Of a stretch of DNA of 64,000 bases, positions 1 to 13,173 are shown piece after piece (within the stretch, counting starts at the first letter, position 1; the number at the start of each line of letters is the position of its first letter). Position numbers and translations under genes: made by a program. The DNA is from Octopus vulgaris (taxonomy: Eukaryota). The notes under the pieces were generated by a model. It had not been told where the DNA came from. It did no database searches and saw nothing but the letters and a program-made list of their open reading frames with translations. The stretch covers positions 63,984,001-64,048,000 of the forward strand of contig OX597818.1 in the NCBI GenBank assembly GCA_951406725.2, read 5' to 3'.

Positions 1-49
<49 letters not shown>

Positions 50-147
50 GTCTGTCTGTCTGTCTACCTACCTACCTACCTACCTACCTATCTATCGATC
101 GCTCTATCTATTTGTATATCGATGTATCTGTCTATCTATCTGTAAAT

Positions 148-223
<76 letters not shown>
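1..223. repeat. Compound microsatellite (TATC)n/(TGTC)n/(TACC)n/(CA)n/(TA)n, representative of dozens of arrays across the window
   Basis: Directly visible tandem units. Confidence 0.98.
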
Positions 224-224
<1 letters not shown>

Positions 225-535
225 AGAAATATTCAATTTGTAAATGTCTCAGAGAGACATGAGTGGTTGTGGAGTGATAGAGTGGTTGTATACTGTCAAC
301 TTAACGTGACAGTCCCGTAAAAGGAATCACTCCACCGCTATTTAACCCTAGGAAGCATCGACGCTTCCTGCCGGCTTTGACTGCAGTCTTACAAGTGAAA
401 CGCGGAAAATAAAATATATACATACATATACATACAATATATATATATATATATATATGTACATATACATATGTATGCATACATATGTATATCTATCTAT
501 CTGTATGTATGTATATATATATATATATATATATT

Positions 536-609
536 TATGAGCGTCAATAATACTTTAATTGTTCCACGTCCTCGCGTTGCTGTTTTTTTCTGTGTTTTCT
601 TGTTTGGAT

Positions 610-614
<5 letters not shown>
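536..614 (+). mobile_element. 3' fragment of the same short repeat family as 60592-60812, within (TA)n
   Basis: tgagcgtcaataatacttt...gttccacgtcctcgcgttg...ttcttgtttggattaact matches 60732-60812. Confidence 0.85.
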
Positions 615-688
<74 letters not shown>

Positions 689-721
689 ATATATATGTAT
701 ATCTATCTATCTATATGTATG

Positions 722-752
<31 letters not shown>

Positions 753-787
753 ATATATATATGTATATCTATCTTTCTATTTATCTA

Positions 788-854
<67 letters not shown>

Positions 855-857
<3 letters not shown>

Positions 858-1048
858 TTATATAGAAGGAGCTTCTACAGGACTAGAACTGTTTCATTCA
901 AGAGAAATCTTCAGGAAGCACTGAAGATTTCTCTTGAATGAAACACTTCTAGTCCTGTAGAAGCTCCTTCTATATAATAAATTAATTTTACTCTGCTATG
1001 TATTGAGTACCTTATTTACTGTGGTTAACCCCGAATCAACCCGGGACC

Positions 1049-1050
<2 letters not shown>
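855..1050. mobile_element. Short HHR-bearing PLE-type (pLTR-like) element with a 58-bp-arm palindrome, within (TA)n
   Basis: Arms 857-914 and 921-978 are reverse complements with one mismatch, separated by a 6-nt spacer. (TA)n on both sides. Confidence 0.75.
871..919 (-). ncRNA. Type I hammerhead ribozyme motif (GUA cleavage triplet)
   Basis: Minus strand reads GCUUC CUGAAGA U-UUC-ucuu-GAA-U GAAA CAG-uucuaguc-CUG UA GAAGC: 5-bp stem I, canonical core, stems II and III. Confidence 0.8.
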
Positions 1051-1139
<89 letters not shown>

Positions 1140-1440
1140 CAAAATAGAGCAAGAACGCAAAACACCCGGACAGGTAGGTGATATAAAAAGGGACAACAAA
1201 GCATCCAGATAGACGAAACAAAGAAAAACAAAGAACGTGTCATTCGAATCCCTCTTTCCTCAGCCAAGCACCAGAATATCCACGCCACTACTACAAGAAC
1301 CTGTCACTACTACTAAACGAACCTAGAGAATGCATAATTTAATGCATGAAAGTACTACTTAAATTAGAATGGACATTTAATATTCCATCATTTCATTATC
1401 TTATATTATATTATTATAAGATTGTGAAAATCTTATATTA

Positions 1441-1891
1441 TGTACAACCAAGCTTGCTTGGTAAGGAGGGTGTTTATTGGACACCCTGCGAGATGAAAAA
1501 CAAAACCCGTCAAAGGGCGGAGTAACTCTTGAGAGTCAACGGCCATCCAATAAATGTCTTAAGGCTGTACCATGCGCGGGGACATAGAAATAATTGGACT
1601 GCATACCCGATCGCGCGGTTAAACCATTGGGAGTGAAGGACTCCTTCTAGGAGAAGGTAACTCGGGTAACTGGGATAACTCCGACATAGAACCTGCGGCT
1701 CAGTGGTTACCGATGATGTTGACTTGTTCTTCTTTTCGGATTATGGCTGCTGTTGTTTAGTGAGTGGGATTGACTCAGTGCACAGCCTTTCCTCACTTTA
1801 AAAAAAACTCTTCTTGCACAGGCATTGCACAATAACAACATTGATTATGCTTCGTGCAATGGCCGTACTCGATAACGAGGGGGCAGTCACC
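1441..1891 (+). mobile_element. GC-richer repeat-like segment, possibly related to an RTE-type LINE 5' UTR
   Basis: Composition differs from flanks. Contains ctaggagaaggtaactc, which resembles a motif seen in RTE 5' UTRs, and a gggtgt...acaccc hairpin. No ORF. Confidence 0.3.
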
Positions 1892-1929
1892 ATATATATA
1901 TATATATATATATATAAACATATATATAT

Positions 1930-1986
<57 letters not shown>

Positions 1987-2149
1987 AATATACACACGCT
2001 CTTACATACATACTACGTAAGTACATACACACACTCACATGCATATATACCCTGTAAGGCGGTGCTTCAGCATGGCCGCAGTCAAATCACTGAAATATGT
2101 AAAAGAATAAACGTATATATATATTTCTTTCTTTTTCTTTTCTTTTTTT

Positions 2150-2546
2150 TCCTTTTACTTGTTTCAATCATTTGAATGCGGCCATGCTGGAGCACCACCT
2201 TTAATCGAGCAACTCGACCCCGGGACTTACTCTTTGTAAGACCAGTACTTATTCTATCGGTCTCTTTTTGCCGAACCGCCAAGTGACGGGGTCATAAACA
2301 CACCAGCATCGGTTGTCAAGCAATGCTAGGGGGACAAACACAGACACACAAACATACACGCACACATACACATATATATATACATATATACGACGGGTTT
2401 CTTTCAGTTTCCCTCTACCAAATCCACTCACAAGGTTTGGTCGGCCCGAGGCTATAGTAGAAGACACTCACCCAAGGTTTCACGCAGTGGGATTGAACCC
2501 GGAACCATGTGGTTGGTAAACAAGCTACTTACCACACAGTCACTGC
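2150..2546 (-). mobile_element. tRNA-derived SINE, family A (near full length)
   Basis: Minus-strand head has A/B-box-like motifs (gtgtggtaagtagc...gggttcaatccc), an internal microsatellite and tail ggtggtgctccagcatggccgc. Homologous to 49464-49858. An extra tail copy on + lies at 2057-2108. Confidence 0.9.
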
Positions 2547-3041
2547 TATATATCTTCTAATTTACAAATTCTTCAGAGAATCAGAAGGTTGGTGGTGTGG
2601 CATTATGAATAATATTTGTCGGGAGAATCAAATTTTATATTTCAATTTCATTTTATACCTTGGTAGTTTTAGATACTTCATTTTTGCCGAGTCGCTAATT
2701 AAGTGATATATAAACATCCAATACCGATTGTAAGGCGATGCTGCGAGAAAAACATACGCACAGACACACGCTTGTTCACATATATTCACACGCAAGCGCA
2801 CACACGCACACATAATATTTTTAACCAAAATCAAGACGACCAACATTTCTGTAGGTATTTGTCTTCAAAGATTGTTGAGATATTCTTTAACATGTAACTA
2901 ATCGTAGCCGTAATACTCAAATAAATAATCTTTACGCACCAATGCAGTGTTGCCCGCTCATCCTCATTGTGAGAAAATTTATGTTTAAAATATATATATG
3001 TTTATATATGCTTAACAAAATACATACACTTATACATACAC

Positions 3042-3100
<59 letters not shown>

Positions 3101-3313
3101 CATATAGACACGTGTGCGTGTGTGTATGCGTGTGTTCTGTTGAGTGTGTATATATATACATAAATGCATGCATATATTTGAATAGCAGGACTTAACGTGT
3201 CAAATGTGTAAGTATTGAACTTTCGTACAATCAGCTACAAAAATGTGATACAATGTGGATTAACTTCTATCCGTCAACATGGGTTCTGTCATATACATAC
3301 ATACACACACACA

Positions 3314-3404
<91 letters not shown>

Positions 3405-3407
<3 letters not shown>

Positions 3408-3765
3408 AATTAATATGTGACCATTATTCAATAGCCAAGAAAAAACTCTGAGTTTCGGACGCCGAAGTGGAAATCCACAACACCGTCTCTTCGGTTATCT
3501 GGCCATCTCTTTGTCTTCCATGATTGTAGAGATATTCCTTAACATATAACTAATCGTACCCGTAATACTTAAATAAATAATCTTTATGCACTAATGCAGT
3601 GTTGCGCACTCATAACCGAAGCGATGCTTTTGTGGATTTCCACTTCGGCATCCGAAACTCAGAGTTTTATCTTGGCTATTGAATAATGGTAACATTATTT
3701 TACAGATAATTTCCTCTATTTACATAATATTGAGGTATCTTTCTTTTGTTATCTTACCGTTTTTA

Positions 3766-3767
<2 letters not shown>
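3405..3767. mobile_element. Short element with about 79-bp inverted repeats carrying a degenerate HHR-like motif, within (TA)n
   Basis: 3420-3498 is the reverse complement of 3612-3690. The spacer 3510-3612 has a second copy at about 2858-2962. Confidence 0.7.
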
Positions 3768-3828
<61 letters not shown>

Positions 3829-3833
3829 ATGTG

Positions 3834-3866
<33 letters not shown>

Positions 3867-4712
3867 ATGTATGTATATATATATGTGTGTGTATATATGT
3901 TTTTTGATAATATAATATTATTATTAATATAAGGAAATTAATATCCAAACTCATCATAAACATAAACCCGTGTGAAAGAACTTATTGTATTAAAAATATA
4001 TATATAAATAAATAAATATAAAAAATATAAATATAATGTATAAAATAAATTTGATAGTTTAAAAGTTTTTAATTATATATATATATATATATTAGTGAGA
4101 TCGTCCAGTAATGAATATGGTCAATTAACTTTTATGTTTCGACTCCTGGGGGAGCAATCCACTCTACAATTACAGTATAAAAGGTAGGTTTCCGCAGAAT
4201 ATAGTGTGCGCGTGTGAGAATATTGTCATCGAATGATAAATCCATCAGAAGACCAGATCAAGTACTTTTCTATATTTGATTCTGTTCATTTTGTTATGAA
4301 ATCCCGCTGGGGGCCATTATGACGTTTACTGTTCAAAGTGTTGAGAAAAAAATGTGTGAATAAAACGCCTCACCCTATGTTTTTCCCTTTTTTCTTTCTC
4401 TCATTAATTCCCTTTCTTTCTTTATTTCTTTCTCTTCCCCTCTCTTGTCTCTGTCGTTTAATCGTTGTTGCATCTCGAAGGTTGAAATGTGTCATGCGTG
4501 GGAGTGTCTAGATCGTGTTTATGTCTGCTGGCGAAGGACATGCAATACGCAGAGCAATTAACGAAAGCATGTTAAATGCATGACACCCTAGAGACAGCAA
4601 GTGTGAGGAGTGTTTTTAGTTAATTATATTTAAAGATATGTGTGTACGTGTCTGTGTGTGCGCGTGTGTGATTTTGCGCGCACGTTTGTATGTGAGTGTG
4701 TGCATGTGTGTG

Positions 4713-4768
<56 letters not shown>

Positions 4769-4848
4769 CCTTAAATCCTTAAATCCTTAAAAATGTTTTA
4801 GCCCGAAGGCCGCGGCCATGCTGGGGCACCACCGCTGAATGAGCCACA

Positions 4849-7800
4849 CTAGTTTGTGAATCCACCTCTGATACGTGGCACTTGATCAACAAGGGAGTTC
4901 GATGCTGCTGCCCGCATCCGTGTCTCCTGTCGTGAGGTAGGTTCATCTGGGACTCCCAACAAGAAGAGATCCAGTTTAGTTTTAAAGAAACCCACATCCA
5001 CACCATGTAAGTCTCTCAGGCATTTAGGGAGGATGTTGAAAAGCTGTGGTCCTCTGAAACCCAAGCTGTTGCAGTATCTGGACCTGTATTTTGATGGTGA
5101 TGTTGGAATCCTTGGCACCACGCAGCGGCGCCCGTTCTGCGGTTGGAGTAACTTTGAATGCCAAAGTTTGGGACAAGACCCTCCAGGATTTTCCAGATGT
5201 ATATTACTGCATATCTCTCCCGCCTCCGCTCCAGGGAGAAGAGGTTTAATACCTTCAGTCTTTCCCAGTAGCTGACATTTTGCATTGAGACGATTTTCTT
5301 TGTGTAGCTTCTCTGAGTTGCTTCGAGTTCTGCTGTTTGTTTTATATTGTGTGGTGACCAAAGTTGGGAGCAGTAGTCCAAGCGGCTGAGGACAAATGTT
5401 TTCCATAGGACCATCAGTGTCTCCTTCTCTCTTGTTCTGAAAGTTCGGAGAATCCATCCAGCTAGCCGTCTGCATTTTATCACCAGATTAGCAATATGCA
5501 TTTGGAAAGATGCATCATTGCTCATGTCAATGCCCAGGTCACGCACTGATTTTGACTCAGGGATTGCAATTCTTCCTGGGCCAGTGTATCCAGTCTTCAC
5601 GTCATTTACCTTTGTGTGCCAGTAGCGCAGGGCCTGGAACTTACCTGCATTAAACTGCATGTTGTTGTCCTCAGCCCACCTGTATATTGTGTCCAGCTCA
5701 TGTTGCAGATGCGCAATATTTTCAGGGTTCTGTATTGCGTGGGAGACCTTTGTGTCATCTGCATAGCTAGCAAGGGTGGTCATCGTAGCAACTGAAGGCA
5801 TGTCTGAAAGGGCCACTATGAACATCAGTGGCCCCAAGACAGTGCCCTGTGGGACACCGCTTGTTATTTGCGTTTCCCTGGAGGTGGCTCCATTGCTCAC
5901 AACTGCCTGTTTTCTGTCTTTTAGGAAGTTGTGCAGCCACTCTCCAAGTTTCCCGCCTATGCCGAGACCACGCAGTTTGTGACAGATCATACCATGGTCG
6001 ACTTTATCAAAGGCTTTTGCAAAGTCAAGATATATTACATCCACATTTGAGCCATTTAGTAGCTGTTTCAACACCCAGTCATAGTGTTGCAGGAGCTGTG
6101 TTAGGCAGCCTCTACCTGGTCGAAATCCATGCTGGGTGTCAGACAGTAAGTCATTTTCTTCAAGGAACATGATTAGTTTCTTACGGACTATTCGTTCCAT
6201 GACTTTGCTGATGTGTGAGGTCAGAGAGATAGGCCTATAATTTTTAGCATCTGCTCTGCTACCTCCCTTATGGATAGGGCATATTACCCCCTCTTTCAGT
6301 TTGACTGGGAGCTTACCACTTGCAAGAAAGCTCTGAAAAAGAAGCTGTAGCGGTTTTGCAAGGGCTCGTTTGCACGATTTGAGAAGGATCGCTGGGAATC
6401 CATCAGGTCCAGCAGCTGAGTTTGTGTCAATCTCATCAATGGCTAGTGTGATATCATCTTCTTCGATGTTGATGTACTCAATTTTTGTCTCTTTGGCCGC
6501 TGGTAAAGTGGCAAAGAATTCTTCTGGGTTGTTTACTTGCCTGTGTCCTAGAGGTGTAGTGAATACACTTTGGAACTGTTCGTTCAGTATTTCACTTATC
6601 CTCGTGGGATTTCCTGTGAGAGAGCCATCTTTTTGGAAGAGAGGTCCTATTCTCTGGTGCACTGTGGCTGTCTCTTTGGCAAACTTAAAGAAAGCTTTAG
6701 GGTTTGATTTTATATTTTCTATTACCCAAGCTTCTTTATCTGCTCTCTCCTTTTCATGGGACTGATGTAGACTTTTCTCAGTTTCCATTAGCATTCTTTC
6801 GAGCCGAGACTTCTCACCAATTTTGGTGTGCTTGCTCAGGCGGTTTGCAATCCTTGTCCGTCGTCTCATAAGAATCCTCCTTTCTCTAGGGATCCTGTTT
6901 TTATTCTTGTGTGTGCTGGCCCTGCACATTGGGACATATTTGTCACATATGGCTTGTATTATGGACATGAAGTGTTTGTGTTTCATGTTTATGTCCGGTG
7001 TGGAGAGACATTCAGGCCAATCCTGTTTGAGGATCTCTTTCTCAATCGACTTCCAGTTGGCTTTATGAAAGTTTAAGTTGGAGAGATGGTGGGTGCTTCG
7101 TATAGGCTGTGTGTCTGCGGGGGCTTTTGTTCCATACGTAGACAGCTCTATTATGTTGTGATCCGAGATCATTGTCGGCATCACATTAACATTATGGATA
7201 ATATCCATATTGTTTGTAAAGCAGAGATCCAGTATATTATCTGCCCTTGTTGGTTGCAGAACTATTTGCTCCATGAAAGAGGTATTTGTGAGATGGAGCA
7301 GGGACTCCACCTGTGCCTGCTGATGGTGTGTCATCCCTGGGAGCATCTGCCCCCAGGCCATTCCACATTGGGGAGGTTAAAGTCACCCATGAAGAATACA
7401 CTGTTGTGCTGTTCAAGGTTGGTGAGGACTTCTCCTATTTTTGTTAGGCAGTCTTCAAACATGCCTGAGTGTTTTGGGGCGTCTGGTGGGCGATATGTAG
7501 TGCATATGACGATATTCAGTTGTCTTATGTGTACAATTTGAGTTTCACATACTGAGTTTGAATATGACAGCAGGACCTGGGGCGTGAGGTCATCTCGGAT
7601 GTACATTGCAACTCCACCATGGCTCCTCCCTTTTCTATCTGTGCGTATGACTGCATATTGCGGCATGTGTATTTCTGCATCACCTATATCGGGTTCAAGA
7701 TGCGTTTCTGTGAGTGCCATGCATATAGCTTGATTGCATGTCACAAGGTCTCTCAGGAATGAAATTTTCTTTTTACAGTTTCCGCGCAGCAGCCCTCCTA

Positions 7801-7858
7801 CATTCAGTAGAAATATTTTTGTGGTGTGTGTGTTGGTGTTGGTGTCTGTGGTGGCCAT
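4849..7858 (-). pseudogene. LINE ORF2 (APE endonuclease + reverse transcriptase) split by two frameshifts near 7350 and 5130
   Basis: EN motifs LNVGGL, ALTETHL, RTDRKGRSHGGVAMY, YRPP, GDFNLP, LDLCF, SDHN. RT motifs AAGPDG, NYRPISLTS, QHGFRPGR, YLDFAKAFDKVDH, SGVPQGTVLGP, YADD. C-terminal RDLGI, LDYCSQLWSP, LERRRER. Confidence 0.95.
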
Positions 7859-7991
7859 CCTGCATCTGTTGGAGGTGGCCTTATGTGGTGGTAGTTCCAG
7901 CTTTGTGCTTGTAGCCAGGTCAGCTGCTGAACAATTTTTTGTGCCATGCACAAAAAAGACTGCTGTTCAGCTGCCGCCCTTCTCACATCTG

Positions 7992-7993
<2 letters not shown>
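7804..7993 (-). pseudogene. Probable C-terminus of LINE ORF1, overlapping the ORF2 start
   Basis: Open frame [24 protein letters not shown]...[17 protein letters not shown] ends just inside ORF2. Position is typical of ORF1. Confidence 0.45.
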
Positions 7994-8083
<90 letters not shown>

Positions 8084-8990
8084 GGATTTTCTCCATGGAT
8101 CTCACAATGATCAATCGTGTATTGATATGAATAATTATAAAATGAAAAATTCAACCTAAACAAGACGAAATAAAAAAATGTGGACGAAGAAATAGAAGAT
8201 GGTTGAAGGAAACAAACAAGCCGGATTATATTATTGTTCTTGTGTGAATTTGAAACCCTGCTACTATATTCCTTCTCTATTGCTCTTCATCTTCCTATGA
8301 GCATGCGCTTGATCATAAAGACTTACAAATGTCTTTACTGCTCGTTTTCCAAACTGCTACCCATTCCCTTCAGTTGGCTTTGAAACTGCCTGATTAGAAT
8401 CGAGTACTGCCTTTGCATACACATACAGATATGTGTATGCACACACGCACGCATGCATGCCCGCATACACGAACACACACACACATATGCATGTTTATTT
8501 CTTTGGTAAATCCATTGACTGTCTGAAGTAATATTTCAAGTTGCAGCATACAATTTTAGATCATCCATATACAAGAGATGATTGGTTTACCTTACGAATC
8601 GAATCCACAATCAGTCCTGTTTAGCATGTCAGTTAAAGGTGTCTGTGCCAGGCAGAAACGTAATAGAGAGAGCGAGTATCTTTTGAATATTCCTCTTCTA
8701 ATGGGGATGGCTTTAGTTTTTATTTATTCATGTCGTATTTTATATAACAAATATTACTAATACTCACTTGTTCATAGCTAGTGTTTCCAGGATCCATGTG
8801 TAAGGAATACTGTCAAAATGCTGTGAATAATCGGTACAAGCTTTATATATTCTACAGGTTTTTACTTTCCAATTCCCGTTTACAAAATTCGTTCAAACGG
8901 TATTGATTGTCTCAACCATATAAAAAATGTCACTTCCCCAAGGTTCCATGCAGTGGAACTGAACCAAACCCAATGTGATTTAAAATCATT

Positions 8991-9626
8991 CCTCGGCGGA
9001 ATTTGAACTCAGAACCTAGCTGCAGACGAAATACCTATTTCTTTACTACCCACAAGGGGCTAAACACAGAGATGACAAACAAGGAGAGACAAACGGATTA
9101 TGTCGATTGTATCGACCCCAGCGCGAAACTGGTACTTATTTAATCGACCCCGAAAGGATGAAAGGCAAAGTCGACCTCGGCGGAATTTGAACTCAGAACG
9201 TAGCGGCAGACGAAATACCTATTTATTTACTACCCACAAGGGGCTAAGCTCAGAGAGGACAAACAAGGACAGACAAACGGATTATGTCGATTATATCGAC
9301 CCCAGCGCGAAATTAGTACTTATTTAATCAACCCCGAAAGGATGAAAGGCAAAGTCGACCTCGGCGGAATTTGAACTCAGAACGTAGCGGCTGACGAAAT
9401 ACCTATTTCTTTACTACCCACAAGGGGCTAAACACAGAGAGAGCAAACAAGGACAGACAAACGGATTAAGTCGATTATATCAACCCCCAGTGTGTAACTG
9501 GTACTTATTTAATCGACCCCGGAAGGATGAAAGGCAAAGTCGACCTCGGCGGAATCTGAACTCAGAACGTAATACCGCTAAGCATTTCGTCCGGCGTGCT
9601 AACGCTTCTGCCAGCTCGCCTCCTTC
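8991..9626 (-). mobile_element. SINE family B as a head-to-tail concatemer (one head, 184-185-bp units x3, one partial unit)
   Basis: cctcggcggaat(t/c)tgaactcagaac recurs at 8991, 9175, 9359 and 9544. A monomer lies at 56342-56576. The core ctttgcctttcatcctttcggggtcgat...aagtaccag resembles the Meta SINE domain. Confidence 0.9.
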
Positions 9627-10348
9627 AAGCAATTAGAAATTACCTACGATGAAGATGTATTTTATCACCTATAAAATAGTAGTTTAATAGTTCATTTGAA
9701 AGTGCAGTGCCTTTGCTGCTTCGAACTTTGTTGCTTCTTCTGAAAGAATAAAAAATGGAAGGGGACCACCAGGAAAGAGAAAAAAATTGTGTGGGTGCAA
9801 ACATTTTGATAGGTGTATGTACATCCTCAATCAAAACAACAAGCACAGATATGTATTTGTATGTTTAAAAGAGAGGCAGGATGTTTTGTGGAAGGAGATC
9901 TACAAACGTGTGAAAGTACAACACACTTTTACAGGTTCACATGTATGGAAAATATATGTTCCTGAATATTTTTTGTATTCTAGCAGAATTACTCCATAAT
10001 CTGAAATTGTGTAGATGTTGGGAGGAAAGTTTCCTTCTTTTGAGTCCCAAGTTTTTGAAGTACTGGTAATAATTTCAATTCTAATTCATATAAGAAGTGA
10101 AAAGATTCTGACTGGCATTGGTAATAAATGTCTTTGTAGCTGGCACTTACTTTGGAGATAGTCACATTAATAGCCTACTTTATATTTTATAGCCATTACA
10201 AAACCACTTACGAACATAGCTGTATCTGTATATATACCAAATACATTTCCGTATATACATAAACATCCACATTCATCACATATATACTCATATATTCACA
10301 ACCAAATAGGCATATACTACATACATATATACAGACATACACACATAC

Positions 10349-10391
<43 letters not shown>

Positions 10392-10570
10392 TTATCGAAT
10401 ATGTAACGTAGAATATAACCTATATATCTATATAAGCGCTAAAATATATTTGCTGAAAGTTAGAAGCCACATATATATTCACCAAATTACTTATATTCTC
10501 ACATTCACTTACTCACGTATATATATTTGCACGTATATGAATGTGTGCTTATATCTGTGTTTGGAAAATA

Positions 10571-10645
<75 letters not shown>

Positions 10646-10649
10646 GATG

Positions 10650-10690
<41 letters not shown>

Positions 10691-12001
10691 GTATATATAT
10701 ATAATGTTGTGTTCATGCTTGTGTCATATTGTGTTTTGTAAAAAAAAATCACACAAAGCAATACATAAGTAGTAAATATGGTTCAATAATATATATTTCA
10801 ATATTATGTTTGTATTATTGTATTCTATTGTACTTTGTATGGAAATCGAGACACGCACAGTAAAATAAAACTTGTCTCGCCTTCAGTGTCATTTATCTCG
10901 AAATTTATTGCTATATTTACTTATATTATCAATGCTCAGTGTAAACAATATTTACAATACAAAATATGTACGGCAATTGTTTCAAGTATTCGCTTTTATT
11001 TCTTGTTCGATATATTCCTTGTATTTGCAGAGATCTCAATTATATTTTTGTATTTATTTATTTTCCCCACAAGAATCACTTCACTTCTATTATATATCCT
11101 ACTGTGTTACCCCCCATTTTATCGATTTTTTTCCCTAAGCTCGGTGATGTACTTACACCACGCTAACCACCTTTAATATAAGTAAATGCGAAAACCATTA
11201 TTGAAAGCACACATGAATCTGTATAAATTTATATGTGCTTCTCTCATTACCACCCGCTTAAGATCTATGTGTGGTTTTAACTCAATCATTCTATGCACCC
11301 GCAGACACACACAATCACACACAATCACACACAAACACACGCTCACATAAAATCATACTCACTCATGCAAGTTTTTACATGTGTATATGTGTGTTTGAGT
11401 GAGTAAAAGTATATCTATAATCATATAGAAATATGTGTGTGTGTGCACACATGCATACACATACATACACATACATACGTATAAGAATTGGTGTAGATCA
11501 TCCGTCCAGGGGAGAGTGTGCGTGTGTATGTACTTCTGTGTGAGTTCTAAGTGTGTGTGTGTGTGAGAGAGAGTGTGTATGTGGGTGCTGTGTGTGTGTA
11601 TGTGTGTTGTGTGTGTGTGTCGCGAGTGTGTTTCTTTGTGTGTTGTATGTGTGTGAGAGCGTGTATGTGCTTAAACACGAATAGCTTTCGTTTGTTTGTA
11701 ATATATAAATATATCTGCTTTAAGGGGACCAGCTACCGCCAATTTCTCACTCGACACACGCTTGCCAGTATCATGAATCTACTCACACATACACACCCAT
11801 ACACATACACTCACACAGGCATACACACAAACATACACGTATATATACTTACAAGTACATGTTATATGCATACATTTACTTGCTTATATGTCTAGAAATA
11901 ATTAGCATGTTTATCCAAAAATAGCATGTTTATACATATCCAATGGGTTAAATATATATATACACATATTTATAAGTATACATACATACACATATATATA
12001 T

Positions 12002-12080
<79 letters not shown>

Positions 12081-12166
12081 CACATACATGTGCATATGTA
12101 CACACCCCACACGCAAACACATATCTATTCGAATAGGGTTGCACAAATACAAACCTATATGTACGT

Positions 12167-12342
<176 letters not shown>

Positions 12343-13135
12343 TATCTATGTGTGTATAGACAGATTTATACGCACAAACAACGCGTATAATGCAATCTCA
12401 AATCGATACGGATATCTGTTTGTGCAAAAAGGTATATGTGACATTAAGGGAGAACTTAGTAAGTAATTGCCATTATGAAGCTGTCTGTAAACGTATGTTC
12501 GATGCAAGGACAAACTTTGAAAATCTTAGTATACACTGCGTAGTGACATTAGTATATTTTTTTTTTTCGTCTAGTGTTAAAGATAAGTACGAAAACAAAA
12601 CAAAGAAATCTAAAGAATGGTAATGTATCACGGCATGCAGCTATTGGAAACGTTTCTTATGATACGCTTTCAAATCAATTCTCCTTTGTTTTGCACAGCG
12701 CATCATTGGCTGGAGTTTCTTTTATTTTTCTGTTTATCTTTTTTTTTTCGGGTTTGTTTCAATGAGTACCTACACAAATGAATGCTCTTAGCTAATGTAT
12801 ATTCTCAAGAGGTTTTTTTATTTTCTTTGGCAGCATTATATATATATTAAGAAACATACTAATTCAACATAAGTTCGATCAGTCAAGAAGAAAGCAAATC
12901 ACTATTCTTGCTTTGTTGCGTCTTACTAATTAACAGATCAATGTGTTTGTCTTATAATTTGGCACTTAGGTACAAACACGGATATAAATACCCGCACAGA
13001 AAGACGCATCCGTACATAGAATACTTTTATGCTTACATACGCGCAAACACACAGACACACACGCACACACACACACAAATAAACACACTCAAATGCACTG
13101 AAACACACACAAGCACACACACACACACATACACA

Positions 13136-13173
<38 letters not shown>

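Larger units (their letters stand above)
4767..7993 (-). mobile_element. CR1-group non-LTR retrotransposon (LINE), 5'-truncated, within (TA)n
   Basis: APE endonuclease plus RT coding sequence, short 3' UTR and an 8-mer tail (ATCCTTAA)x3 on + at 4767-4790. (TA)n on both sides. Confidence 0.95.

Noticed and set aside
1225-1270. CUGAGGA on the minus strand followed by GAAU
   Set aside because: No GAAA and no convincing stems I or II; at most a fragment of a repeat.
4117-4256. Possible minus-strand HHR (CUGAUGG ... GAAACAU) with uggu c/gacca flanks
   Set aside because: A9 is missing and stems II and III cannot be formed; too decayed to support.
5033-8159. Plus-strand ORFs overlapping the LINE
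   Set aside because: Antisense shadows of the LINE coding sequence.
8991-9626. Regularly spaced repeats resembling a CRISPR array
   Set aside because: Whole 184-bp units are homologous with no unique spacers, match the SINE at 56342, and there are no cas genes in this eukaryotic context.
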